Positions 1 through 12,558 of a stretch of 64,000 nucleotides of DNA are shown piece after piece. The position numbers and the translations under genes are program-made. The notes under the pieces are model-generated. The model did not search any database. It was not told the origin of the DNA and was given only the letters and a program-made list of their open reading frames with translations. Within the stretch, counting starts at the first letter, position 1, and the number at the start of each line of letters is the position of its first letter. The DNA is from Phoronis australis (lineage: Eukaryota; Animalia; Phoronida): NCBI GenBank assembly GCA_002633005.1, contig NMRA01000315.1, positions 102,452 through 166,451 on the forward strand, read 5' to 3'.

Positions 1-434
1 ACCAGGTCACAAACAAAATTACCTGACTGTCAGCTGTAAAATGAATAACTAATTATATATTATTAATAGGTAAATGCTGTATTGGCCAAGGGCAACCTTT
101 TTATATGGCAAGTAGTAACAAATAGACTGCTTTGAATTATAACATGATTGAACAATTTGAAAGAGCAAATTAAATTGGATTAAATAGTGGCTTTTTCTTA
201 TTCTAGTTCAAGTATGATACTGAATGTTTATATTGTACTGAAATTTCCGTTATAGTATTGGGACATTTTATCGAAGTGAACACAAAAACAGTGAAGCAGG
301 TGACAAAATGATGATGTTTTGTGGAACACCACTTGATAGATACACTCATCTACTTATTCATCCAGTTGTGGTAGAAGAGAAGACACAAATATTGGTCAAT
401 CAAACATTTCCCTGGTCTTGGCAATCTATGATCC

Positions 435-1092
435 CTAATCCCTTGCTTTTGCCATCGGGTGGTGTCTCTGGGCCACGTCATTTGTTCCCGCATGAAGCAC
501 TACCGCGTCATATCTTCTCGTGATGTCAGTCTCTGTAGCAATGAAAAAGAAATCATTTTTAAGCAACTCAAGTGTCATGTGGTTTTTTCTTCAATAATAT
601 TGATAAAATGGCAATAACAATGATTAAAATATTAACAGATATTATTGAAATAGAAATAACACTCATAACATTTATACTTATTGTTATACAAAAGCCTGTA
701 GCAAAGAAAAAGTAATGAAATATGAAAATAATAAACTCAACAACAATGTTATTATTCACATACAGCGACAAATTCAACAATAGTAATCACACACCGTGAA
801 CGGATTTTCAAACACTTCAAAAATAAGGTGGTACTAAGGTGAGGTAACAAGTAAAACAAGACTATTCATATATGGATTCATAAGCGTAAAAAGAACAAAT
901 TTAATTTTCATTCCAAATTTGATTTTCATTTTTAGCCAGACTATAGCGAAATGAAGTTTTGATTTTGTTGTCATGTTAAACTCACCATCTGAGCAAAAAG
1001 TAACTCATCTTCCACTGTGTACTTCCAAGTCAATGGTGATGTTTGCGGCTACTCTCAGCGTACTTGTAAATGCCATCAGTGATCACCTTAAC
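435..1092 (-). pseudogene. Degenerate spliced SGNH/GDSL-esterase-like fragment (pseudo-exons 1092-986 and 532-435)
   Basis: Exon 532-435 follows the acceptor tttctttttcattgctacag and reads TDITRRYDAVVLHAGTNDVAQ (SGNH block III GxND). Exon 1092-986 (ttag| ... |gtgagt) reads VKVITDGIYKY (block I-like, Ser replaced by Gly), then after a frameshift LEVHSGR* (block II-like). Stops and a frameshift are present. Confidence 0.5.
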
Positions 1093-2139
1093 CTAAGAAT
1101 AAGTATTAAATGAACATTAATGACATTTACCAAAATTAGCAAAAGACAAGGGGCCTTCCATACAGTAGAGCGTTCCCCACAACCTGACGAATTTGTAAGT
1201 GTGAAAACTGAGTCACACACTCCCCATGACACAGTGTAGATTTTGATTTTCAAATAAGAAACAGAGTCCATTAGGAGGCTGATGACTTCTTCTCCATGAC
1301 CACTGTTTTCAACACTACGACCAATGACATTATGCACATCGATGATTAGGAATGTAGCCAAACTAACGCGATCTCATTAGAAATACAGAGGGAAATCTTG
1401 CTTTTCAAGGAAGGTACTTATAGCAACATTACAGAAGTCTACCCTATCCCTAGGACTAATGCAAATGGGCATGTTGTAAAAAGGACATTTGACAACTACA
1501 CAAGACATTATTAATGTTCCAAGAATTCACCCTCATTCTGACCTGATTATTCAAAGCTGATCTGATGTATGAAAGTCTAAAAATTCTATTAGAATCAACT
1601 AATACACCTGAATACTATGGAAATAACAATTTATAAGTAGTTACTAAGGTTACAAACAATTATTCTAGCCCTTTAAACACTATTATTAAAAACGAGCCTA
1701 AAATGACGTTCAAACTGAAAGATGATGCACAACAAAGTGATTACAACTACACAACAGGAATCCTAAACACGTGAACAATGAGCAAAATCGAGTAATTTTG
1801 CAGTAGAAGTAGTAAGGCAGGTAGATTTTCGCTAAATAATCGCTTGAAATCGCAGTTGACTTTCGGTCTCAGTAATGCCGGAATGCAGAAGGAGGTCACA
1901 TAGAGCATCCGGTAGGTTGACCTCCCTGCGCGCCTACAGATCCCAGCTCTTCCGGGTGTAGTAGGGAAAAGAAGCGTGGCCTTTTCGCGTTATAGACATA
2001 TATGTACTGTTGTAGTTGTAGCGACAGCAGACGATAATGTAGGCCTAGTTCTTGCGGTGGTCTATTCCAATAGGGAGCGATGAATCAGCGCGGCTTTGCG
2101 TGATTTTGCATTTCACATCATAAGGAGTTCCATAGCAAC

Positions 2140-2295
2140 TCGAGTATGAGTGTCAGATTTGAGTACGTTTGGAGTCTACTCGAAATACGACATTAGAAAC
2201 GCTTTTTTGAGTACGACTCCAGTGAGCACGATTTTGAGTATGAAATCTTGAGTATGAGTATGAGTCTGAGTACGGAGATTGGAGACCGGGCCCTG
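2140..2295 (-). mobile_element. Probable DNA-transposon terminus with subterminal GAGTAY repeats
   Basis: The minus strand begins CAGGGCCCGGTCTCCAATC exactly where the pPolB reading is cut off. About ten gagtat/gagtac motifs cluster at 2140-2275. The partner end was not found in the window. Confidence 0.35.
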
Positions 2296-3670
2296 GTTAG
2301 TTTAGGACCGCCGACTTTTTCTGTTGGTTTCATGAACGTCTCTATATCAAACGCCGCCCTGTAGGGTTAGTACCGATCGATATTGGGAACGACGTATACC
2401 TCTTCTTCCAGTTTCTCGAACACTATGAGTGGCGTTGCATACGCTTAACCAGGAAAAAGGTGTCCCACGCTGTTATCGCACGTTTGTTGGTGTCTAGATA
2501 CCTTTGACGCGGTACTCCAAAACGAACCACAGAGATTACATCGGTAAGACCTACAATACTTTTTGTTGTCGTGAATGTACGAAAAGTGGTCTTCATACAA
2601 GTTAAGAAAAAGTTCGTCGACAAACTGGCGATGGGTTCGACAAGCAAGCGAGCTGTGACACCGTCTTCGGATTCTTCCAATTCGTACACGTAGATTCTGA
2701 TTTGGAATACGTATTGCATTTCCTGAACATCGTCCAGGAAAACGCTTTGGAACTGGTTCTATGGAATACCCTTATGAGGACTATATTGGTTGAAAAGTTG
2801 TTTGGTCAACTTCTATAAACCATTCTAAGATTGCAGTCGATGAGCGGCCAGACAGCGAAAGAAACACAACCGATCGTCGTGTTTCCCGTTTGCGTCACTT
2901 GTCATCGCCCACATTCCTTTATTATGTACAAGGTATGGTGGAAGTGAAATGGGTGCGCCGATGGGGTGACCAATCATGTGTGTTACGAAGACAGTTACAT
3001 TGGTAATGAGTTCAACGATTCACCAATTCTAGAACGTCCAGTTCACCTAGAATGGAAAATGACGCGTCCAGATCTCGTTCTCGCCTCACAACAAGGGGTT
3101 CAGCCATGAACGCGTTATTGTTCAAACTAGAATGAACATAATGGAGTTCGTTGTCTTCTCGGTTTCTTAAAATGAAATCGTAAGAAAAAATTAATTTAAA
3201 TACAACAAACTGTTGTCTAAATACCCTCAGGAGGTCTTCTCGCAGGTTTCGGGATTCAACCCCTGCAGTCTAAGGTTTTATAAATCTTGCATCCTCCTTT
3301 TCATGGCTTCCCTGGTGCGTATAGCAGACCAGTTGTCCCGATAGACGGCAGCCATATCGGGATCGATATTTTCGGGAATTCGTGGTACGTTCGGATCATC
3401 AGCGATGACGTTATTTTCTGGCGATGACGTAGACGCCACGTTGAAGGTAAAGCCGTGTTGGGGGCCGTCATAGAGATTTTGACCGCATCGGCTGAAGGTC
3501 ATACCACAAAATTGGCAAGTGTGCCTTCCCCCGTGAACCCTTGTTGCAGGCCTCGGGGCGTAGGGATTCGTCTTCAGATTGACTTTTATTTATTTTTTAG
3601 CAATGAACACTGCAATGTTTGTGGAAAGGAGCTCGAATGTTTGAGAATGTGGTAGAAGTGGACTTTCTTC
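2296..3670 (-). pseudogene. Maverick/Polinton (adintovirus-like) protein-primed DNA polymerase B, N-terminal region to Exo I, degenerate
   Basis: Manual translation across stops and frameshifts gives NWSAIRT, FILRNREDNELHYVHSSLNN, ELITNVTVFV..HPIG, DDRLCFFRCLAAH, LNLYEDHFSYI, YRCNLCG, RHQQTC and RY*PYRAAFDIETF (Exo I). These occur in the order typical of this pPolB family. Includes track ORFs 3278-3502 and 2423-2719. Confidence 0.85.
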
Positions 3671-3715
3671 ATTTTCTTCTTTTTTTCTGAGTTTATGTTT
3701 CTCTGACTCGGACCT

Positions 3716-3782
3716 ATTTTTTGTGCCCACTACGCCAAATAGGGGAGCTCATTCGAGCCCCCCCCCCGTGGGTGCGGGCATG
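3716..3782 (+). repeat. Short interspersed GC-rich repeat end (related copy at ~37694-37768)
   Basis: gcccactacgccaaat..ggggagctcattcgagccccc..gggtgcg resembles gcccacttcgccgaat..gggggctcatttgagc..ccccccgggtgtg at 37699-37762. Confidence 0.4.
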
Positions 3783-6409
3783 CTTATGGGAAACAAGCTG
3801 CCTGGGTAGAGCAGAATGTGACAAAGAACAAGGTTCCTTGAATATTCCAATGGAGGGACTGTCTAGAAGTTGACTCAATAATCCCTGTATAGGGTATTCT
3901 TCAGCAAGATAGCCTGTGGTAGACGTGTCTTGTGATAATGCGGTGTAGTTCCCGGAAACTTGATGCTAAGACATCAAATCAGACTGTTTACACTAAAATA
4001 ACGTTTCTTATTTTAGTTGATAAATAAATTGTTCCTCTTGGGAGTGACGACTATACAATCTCAGGTTATGTAGCTCTTGTAAGGAATTTCCTGTTAGTTC
4101 AGATCTACGCATATTCTGCACCCAACGCGAACATTGAACCATACACAGAGAATTAGCCTACATGCCAACAAATATCATTACACCGTGCAAGCTTCCAAAC
4201 ATTCTCCACTAAACGTGGCCACGCAAGTGCTCTTTCCCCACAATATACATACAGTAAACAAGACCAAACCAGGACACTGAGTCTTCTTTAAATAAACACA
4301 GCTGACACTCCACTTGGATTTTGTGACATTCCTGACAGAAGATATACATAGTTCATTACTTGAATGAGTTTCATACGACCCTGGTCGTGGGTCTCAGTAT
4401 TTTCAACTACTAGTAACTATAACTTAGTAGGAAGGCCTACTACTACTATTATTATTCTACAGCACTACTGACTCGTATTCATTGTTCAGCACATACTTGC
4501 CAGTACTAGTATGAAATGTGTAATGAACATACACTTACCTCTCCTTATGTTTAGTCAAGGGAAACAAAGAATGCCTTTCGTGGTCTGTGTTTCTAAAACT
4601 ACAGTTGACAGCCGCACATATCATGCTTCTTTTATGTTTTTTGTCAGCACCAGAAAACACACTGACATTACAGTCATCCATGTTGTTATGTTGTACGAGG
4701 ACTCCTCCCAAAAGATGGCGCTAAATGTACAGCTGTGACGCATTTAGGTCAAAGTCGGACAGCTTTGGTGTATAATATCTTTGCTGCTATCAAAAATAAG
4801 TTCACTCTATGAACTGTCATAACACAGTTCCCATAAGACCACGGGATTCCCACGTGGGTGTGTACTGACATGCATGCCAACACAAACGAAAAAATTGAGT
4901 AACATTTCAAGTTAGTGGGGTCGCACTTCAGGCAATACGTTCTTGTCCCAGAGGAAAGGGCGAAAACAAAATCAAATAAAACAAAAGTCAATAATTCCCA
5001 TAGAAAGACGTGAAAGTTACCTAAAGCTTGAAAACTTGAATACGCCCTCTACTGGACAGATGGGCGTCACAAACCAGAGAAATTACAAAATGGACAAAAA
5101 GGCGACTTAGAAGTGAAATTTTGCTAACGATTATTGCACCGATAAATGGGGAGTTTGAGAATACTAGACTTCGTCCTGTGTTATGGGCTCAAGAACAGGA
5201 AACTCGTTGACGATCAGTGGCAAAAGTTTCATTCAGAAATGATGAAAAATTTCGACATCCTTCTCACTCCAACAACACAATATCCGTGAGATAAATTGTG
5301 ACGTTTTTAAGGTTTCAGTAAAATCAACCGAAGATTTATTGTGCTATGAACGTACTTTTCGTAAAACGAATTTTCGTTTTAGAAAGGTGATTGCTGACGT
5401 ATAATATTTACAACACCAGATGGATATAACCCCTGATCTTTCCTTCTATCACAAAATACATATTTTAACTAATTTACACAGGCTGTTTTCAAAATTTGAA
5501 TAAGAATGGTGGTCAGTAATTCAGGTCTGATTAAATATATGACTTGTGTTTATTGTGACTGAATCGAAAGATGTACTATCTTCACTCAGGTAATTTGATG
5601 TGGTTAGTCCTCAGGACTAAGTCAATTGATAAAATATATTATTAAGGTACAGAAAGAACACAGGTATTTCGATATATTTTCAGTAACTGGTAGGCTTTTT
5701 GTCTAAGGGAAAGAAAGTTTGCTGTTTCTTTTTCAGAAATGGGGACCATTTTCTAAGTCCCGAGAAATGTGCCGTTTGTCGATCAATTGTGTTGGCTGCG
5801 AGCATATAGCCCGAATAATAGCAGGAAGTTAAAATTTGCGAAGCTTCTGCGCACCTGCCGCCAGGTCTCCGTGCTGACTTTCGCGGATTGAAAGCGACGC
5901 AAGTTGCGATTTATCCATTTCTGGAATGGATAAAGCGCAACTTTCTGTCGGGGAAAACTCGCGAGTACTGCCAGGCTGGGAAAGCTATTACAGTGTGAGG
6001 AATAGAAGTCCCAACAAGCATTCGTCGTCACTAACCCCTAGCTGCAGTTCTCTAAGTTACGCAACTGTGTCGTTTAGAAGGCATGTTTTTCGTGTTTACG
6101 TTCTGCCCTACATCGCGCCATATCTCTGTCGAGCGTTTGTATTCGTGGCATGTCGTCTGGCAAATATTTAAAGCGACACCCCTCTAGACACCTGCCGTGA
6201 GAAAACTGAACTAACACAACAAAGTAGTGAGTTCATGGACGGTTTTCTCTCAGAATTAATTGAAGCTGGTTTGCTAATTGAGACCCAGAATCCAATTAGC
6301 ACGGCGGTTAGCAAGCACTTGCACATTTGGTGATTTGGTTATGACACTAAACAGGCAATTCCTAGGAAGGCTAGTTGTAACCACTATAATATTTTTAATA
6401 TGACTTAGT

Positions 6410-7198
6410 TTTTCATCTGACCAAGCCATCTGTGGATGCAGCACCCAGTCACGCAGCGGCAGTAAGTGGTCCACCACGTCAGCGATCAGCGAAGCAGAAA
6501 GCCGGCTGAGACACAAGCAATTAATAGGAACAGCTTGCCAGGGTAGGCAAGGACTGGGTTACAAGACCGGGAAGCCAGCAAGGAAACGATCTAAGGACCC
6601 AGAGACAGAATAAGTAGGGAAGTTAGATTGTCAGAGAACGAAGAATTGTATGCCCGAGCAGTCCAGATGGGTCAGCAGGGGGCGTGGTCAAAGTGGGACA
6701 AAGTCTCGCAAAGGGAAATAAAGTGGGCGGAAGATGTCTCCTTTGAAAGCAAAGCTCTTCATCAGATCTGTTTTTGATATACTGCCTACTCCCAGAAACC
6801 TTGCTACTGTCATCTTGCAGCGCGTCTTTGGCGTCAGGAAAGCACACATACCGACACAACCAAGCACTGAAAGGTTTCGCAAGGGTTTTGGTCGATGAAG
6901 TCAATAGTAAACCAAAGTCGAGAACCCACCGGATCAAATTCATCAGTTTCAGAAGAAGTGCCTATGAGGCAAGTAAGGGAAAGATTCCAGCGCAAAAAAG
7001 CATCCTTCACACAGCCAACGACTGGAAATTGTGGGTTGATCTTGCCGGTCACCAGTCATCCTTCCCACAGCACATTGTCTAGACTACCCAGCGGCCTGAC
7101 TTGGTTCTTTATTCGGACAGTTCCCACCAGATCATCCTGATCGAGCCCACCTTTCCGTGGGAGAGTAGGGTAGAAGAGGCACATGAGCGGAATAAATG
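6410..7198 (+). mobile_element. Hero-like non-LTR retrotransposon 3' fragment (post-RT region and restriction-like endonuclease), degenerate
   Basis: Reads RSGSKWS..AESRLRHKQLIG..GRQGLG, AVQMGQQGAWSKW, IRSVFDILPTPRNL, GKHTYRHNQAL, ANDWKLWVDL and TTQRPDLVLYS..IILIEPTFPWESRVEEAHER (PD-(D/E)xK nuclease). The CxxC half of the zinc knuckle is deleted; stops and frameshifts are present. Confidence 0.8.
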
Positions 7199-8825
7199 GG
7201 CAGTGATGACGCGCCCGCCATTGTTACTGGGAATATGATCGGGCTCTCTTCGTGTGAAGAAGTTGCGCCAGGTCTGCGAACTGCATTACATCATTTTTAA
7301 TTTCCATTGTACGGTAAAACACTGAGACAGTCCACCACTATAATTTTGTTTTGATCACAATTTTGTAAACCAAATTAATTGAAACTGCCTTGCGCTTGCA
7401 ATATATAATTTTTACACCAAACATAGATTATTAATATAGTCTCTAAGATGAAGTTAAAAGTTTTGATTTCTGGTGTGAGCCAACAAAATGGACGCCGAAG
7501 TTGAATGACACTAAACTTCCACATTTTTACTTAGACAAAGCGTTAGAAATGCAATAGATACGGAGGACTGTTCTAATTTAAGTTGCTGATAAACACATTC
7601 TTTGTCTTGACTAAACTGATGAACATAAGGGAAATAGTATTTATAGAGATTTTGTGTTATTTCGTTTGATACCTGTCCCGTGTCATCTGTGTAACAAAAT
7701 ATCCTAATATCTATACGGTAGATAACAAAAGCAGGAATATAAAATCCAATTTAATCATTGATTGCACTTTTTTAAACAGCTGCGACTGAAATTTGAACCA
7801 AAAACAGAAATTTACCATTGCGCCATTAAGCGCAGTACCAAAGAGGCTGCTAAAACACTGTATACGCCCAGGAAGAGTCACTAGAGTAAAAACATAACAA
7901 GGTTGTAAAGTGAAATCAATTATACAGAGCGTTTCGAAACCACGAGAGAACCCCAAACAATGTCCATTATCAACGTAGGTGCATCTATTATGTGAGGCAA
8001 GAAGAGTTCATTTGTGTTGAACACGAGAATCCCTCATTCCGCGTTAATGAAAATTTAGTCGTGTTTGCATGCAGGTTCATTATTATAATAATATCCTTGT
8101 CGATCAAAAGAGTTTCTGAGTCACGGATAGTGAACAACGGTGAAATTGTCGGAAGCGTGAGTATTAGTCGCCACTATGTTTAATCGATTAACTGTGTTTT
8201 CTCTTTTAAAGAACAACTTTAAATTTTTAGTTGCATCATGAATTAAAACATGCAATTGTTTGTCAATAATATATTGCTTCATACGTTTATGTGAACACGT
8301 GTACAGTTTACATGCAAACTGCTTGGAAATGTACTATATATACACGTTATATATTTCTTATTGAAATGAAAACTTTGCTTCGTGGCTTCCTTGCTTGTGT
8401 GCAGATAAGTGCGCGTAGGACGAAGGCACATGCTGTCTTTGCACAGTGTGGTTTCGGAAATGGAGACAATATTTGATATATTTTCCAACTTTAAATGATA
8501 TCTCAGGTCTAATTACTTGCTCAGTGTGTCCAGCATGTCATACTAAAAGAAGTATTCGTTTTATATTGGTGATATGTTAGAATTTAACGTGGTAATGGAT
8601 CCTGCAGTTTTGTTTAGTTATATTCTGATGCCGAGGCTACACTAGCAGTACACATGTACTTGCAATATTCTATTGACTTGCAAACAACAGGCACACTGTA
8701 CAACATTTTCCTTGCCTTCAGCAGCATGTCACGTTGCACTCGAAATATAACAATGTATACAATTAGTTACTTCGTCATCCCCGATATCAAGGAAGACAAA
8801 CGAAAAATCAACAAAAGATAAAAGA

Positions 8826-9627
8826 TTAGGTCTTTGCAATGTTGGAAACACGTGTTTTGTGAACTCTACACTTCAAGCTATCTTTTCATGCAACCTCAAC
8901 TGGCACAAATACAATATCAACAAGAAAAACAATAATGAAAACCATCCTTGTGAACACATATGAAGCAACAAAAAGGTATACATCAACTCCGTCTGAAATT
9001 TTGAATAAACTAAGATTACAGAACAACTCTCTTGGCAACGGAAGTCAACAGGATGCCCATGAATTTTTACTATGGTTACTGAACCAATGGCACGTAGACA
9101 CACTTGCTCACAACGCTGATAATGTAACGTCTGAGGTTACTAGTACCTTCCAACACGTAAAGAAGCAAACTAGGAGTTGTAATAACTGCTCAACAACAAA
9201 GGAAAAAACACAGATAGACTGGGAGTTGACCGTCTACCTCCCAACGCTAAGGAAAGAAATAACTATGCAGGAGTTGTGGCACAGCTTGTGGACGTCGTTG
9301 GACATCGAGGACTTTAGTTGCCCACACTGTAATAGTCTCAGTGGCCAGCTCACATGGTCATTAGTAAAACCGCCAAAATACCTTTGTATTCATATCTTAC
9401 GAACCGCGACTAATGGTGAAAAAATCAACACAAAGATTTCCTCGTATGACCTCTCCGGCTATAAAATAAAAGCAGTCATTGAACACCATGGAAGAAACAC
9501 GACGGGTGGTCATTACACATGCTGTGTTAAATCGTCAGCATGGGAATGGATAAATTTTGACGACTCTACAGTCACAAGTACATCCAAGCCTCCCCTGAAT
9601 GCCTACATTACAATATATGAATTATAA
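8826..9627 (+). pseudogene. Compact intronless ubiquitin-specific protease (peptidase C19/USP) domain with one frameshift
   Basis: The Cys box LGLCNVGNTCFVNSTLQAI (8826-8882) is one base out of frame (A-run near 8925-8929) with ORF 8935-9627. That ORF carries QQDAHEFL, two CxxC pairs (CNNC, CPHC), the His box EHHGRNTTGGHYT, WINFDDSTV and AYITIY. Confidence 0.85.
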
Positions 9628-9962
9628 ACCAACAAAGGAAATCAACATAAAAATATGGCGCAATTTCAACATCAACGTCGCATATCACATCTGACCATAG
9701 ACATGATGTGAGAAAGTTGAGTAGATTGGTTCTGTGGGCTCTATTTTCCATAGTGCTTGGTGTGCCGCCTACATGTACGCTCATCACTCCCTGCGGATTT
9801 TTGCGCGAGAACTTTTCAATGATTCCGTTTAAAGTTGATTCTGTGGTCAAAACATGTTCAATTGTAAAGAGTCTATGTAAGGAGTGGACTGACACGGTTC
9901 TTATTTTTATTATTTTGTTCTATTGCTCTGAATGAGCTCTAGCAGATAGCTATTGATTGACA

Positions 9963-10529
9963 TGTCCCCTGAGGTCAGGACAACGATGGTGTAACATGTT
10001 TGTCAAAGAATAGTTTGAAACATTCTAGTATGTAAGTGATTAAAGTGTTCAGGAACATTCTAGAGCCTTGTATTTGTTTGTAGAATGATTGGATAGATTC
10101 CGGAAAGTTATAAAATGTGCTGGAACTGGCAACAAGTTCTAGAACATTGCATGAGACTATAATACCCAGGCACTTGATGGTGAGTCAGTTAAAAGTTGAA
10201 AGTTAGTTACAAGAGAGTTACAGTGAAGATAGCAGTTAAAGCGAAAGTTAACAGAAAGCCAGCAACAAAGACAGCAGGTTATTTGAACCAGCGAGGGTAA
10301 CAGTTGCTGGAAGGGTCTCAGAAGTTCATTACAAGTCAAGGCTTCGCAGCAATGGATGGAGCATAGAAAACATTACGTCGGACGGTTTTTTGAGTAGGCT
10401 TGTGAACGTACGGTTGATATTAATAAAGTAATTACCTCTAACGAGTCTTCGGTCTATCGTCGCACCAAAAGCTATTAGCACAGGTCAGTAACCACGTGCT
10501 CCCACCCGAACACGGAGAAAGAAGTGACA
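9963..10529 (+). repeat. 5' LTR of the Gypsy element, followed by a degenerate PBS (~10532-10551)
   Basis: Ends in gtgaca and contains aataaa (10422). The following tgtcaagcacgccaggggac resembles the tRNA-Arg PBS tggcgagccagccaggagtc. Confidence 0.7.
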
Positions 10530-12337
10530 ATTGTCAAGCACGCCAGGGGACTTACTGACGGTAACAAGGTGTGATAAAGTGGACAGTTGGAATTAGCGAC
10601 AAGATCTCAAACAAGGGAGTTGGTGACCTCAGACAAGAAATGGCTCAACATGGAAACGACCTTGGACAGTTTATGGTAAAACAAGAAGATGAGGCTGGTG
10701 CTGAAGCTAAAGCTGAGTAGAGAAAGCAATCTCGTGTGGCCGAGGAGAAGGAGCAACCCCGCGAAGCCGATCAGCAGATGGAGAGAGAAAGAATGGAACA
10801 TGAACTGGCGCCAGCACCATTGAAAACTGAACAGGTTGCAGCTGAGATTAATCTTATAAGGATAACTGGTGGCGTAGAGCCGAAGCTACCCAAATTTAAC
10901 GAAAACCAGGATGATATGGACAACTTCCTGGAAGCGTTTGGAAGATACGTGGAGATTCAGGGTTGGACCCAGAGTGAATGGATGGCCAATTAGTCTAAAT
11001 CCCTTGTCAACAGGCAAGGGTCTGCAGGTTTATACAAGCCTCCCAATGGCTGATGCACTAAACTATGCAAACCTCAAAAGAGCCTTGCTGAAGCGATATG
11101 AGGTGACGGAGGAGGGCTTCTGCAGACAGTTCCGGGAATTAAGGGCTGAGAGGAATGAGACAGCTTACATGTACAAGTTTGTGGCCCGCATACAGCGCTA
11201 CCTAGACAGGTGGATTGATATGCCGAGTTGAGAGACCTGGTCGTGCGTGATCAGTACGTGAACACTTGTACTAAGGAGTTGACCTTTTTCATGGAGAGTG
11301 GACAACCAAGTTTGTAACTGAGATGGTAGACTTCGCAGAGAGATATACTGAGGCCCGTGGAGTGGACAAGCACTCAGTCGTGTATGAAAAAATCCCAAGA
11401 ACGACGACCGGTCAAGACTGACACTCACAGAGTCGACCAGAGGAAAATTGATCTCCCAGGGGAAAAGTGTTTCTTGTGTTACAGACCTGGACACCTGGCT
11501 AGAGACTGTCGGAAGCTGATACAGGTGAAGAAACAACAAAAGTCATCAACAGTCAACCATCAAGGTTCTCAGAGTAAGGAGGTGGCTGTGAAGCGTGCTA
11601 ACCCTGTACGCACCTTCAAAGGAAAGCTGCGTCTGAAGGAGGGGTATGCTGTGGAGAAGAAGGTCTCAGTGTTGAGAGACACAGGCTGCACAACTATTGT
11701 AGTTCGATCTAGTCTAATCAAACCGGGTGATATGACCAGCAGGAAGTGTTCATGCAACCAAGAGATGGCTGCCCCTCGCCAAGGACAACATCAAGACACC
11801 GTACCACACGGGATAAGTGTTTGCACTGTGTATGGAGCGTCTAGTGGCTGATTTTATTATCGGGGACGTAACTGGCGCCTTGGACCTAGGAGATGTTGAG
11901 CGACGACAGACGCCAATTACTATCACCAAGGACGGTACAGGCAATAGGCTGGTGGAGGATCCGAAAGATGACTCTAAGAGTGTGCTACTTTCCAAGAGGA
12001 GAACCCAATGAACTCAACTACAGAGGGAGAGGTGGTGGCCAACATGTCGGTAGGAACTGGTCCTGATGAATCCAGGGCTCAGGCAAAGCGACAAAAAGCG
12101 GATAATAAGTCGTTAGTTCTGTCTCCAACCATACAAGAGGTGGGACTAAAGCAGTTCAAAGAAGCTCAGCATGAAGATTCGTCAATGAAAAAGCTGTGGG
12201 AGCAACCTAAAACCAAGGGTCAACGACAGACCAAAGGCAAGAGGACATGCATGGTGGAGGTTCAGCGAGGAATATTCTATCGGTTGTTTAAGAATAAGAA
12301 TGGTGACGAGGTGAAACAAGATGTCGTGCTGAGCATG

Positions 12338-12435
12338 AAATAATTAACTCGAATTAAGTCCATCGTCGCACCTAACGCTGTTAGCACCTATAGGTAACCA
12401 CATGCTCCCACCCACAAACAGGGAAAACGGTGACA
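12338..12435 (+). repeat. 3' LTR remnant (U5 end)
   Basis: gtccatcgtcgcacctaacgctgttagcac..gtaaccacatgctcccaccc..gtgaca aligns with 10452-10529 (gtctatcgtcgcaccaaaagctattagcac..gtaaccacgtgctcccaccc..gtgaca). Confidence 0.8.
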
Positions 12436-12558
12436 GTTTAGGTCCACGAAAAACAAATTGTATCATGTGTGTGCATGTTTCAGAATTTTTTGAAACCTGG
12501 TTACAAAGGCCTTTCTTGTTTGGGTCAGCACGTTTCAGATAAGAAATTGTATTTTTAG

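Larger units (their letters stand above)
9963..12435 (+). mobile_element. Gypsy/Ty3 LTR retrotransposon, Gmr1-like, internally deleted and degenerate
   Basis: Gag KLPKFNENQDDMDNFLEAF..LKRALLKRYEVTEEGF, zinc knuckle CFLCYRPGHLARDC, protease LRDTGC, then AQHED..GIFYRL..KQ (pre-integrase region). Bounded by a 5' LTR and a 3' LTR remnant. The 5' boundary is uncertain (9963, 9990 or 10001). Confidence 0.85.

Noticed and set aside
8915-8940. Programmed ribosomal frameshift in the USP gene
   Set aside because: No canonical X XXY YYZ slippery heptamer with downstream structure, and an in-frame stop lies upstream of the Cys box; decay or a homopolymer error is simpler
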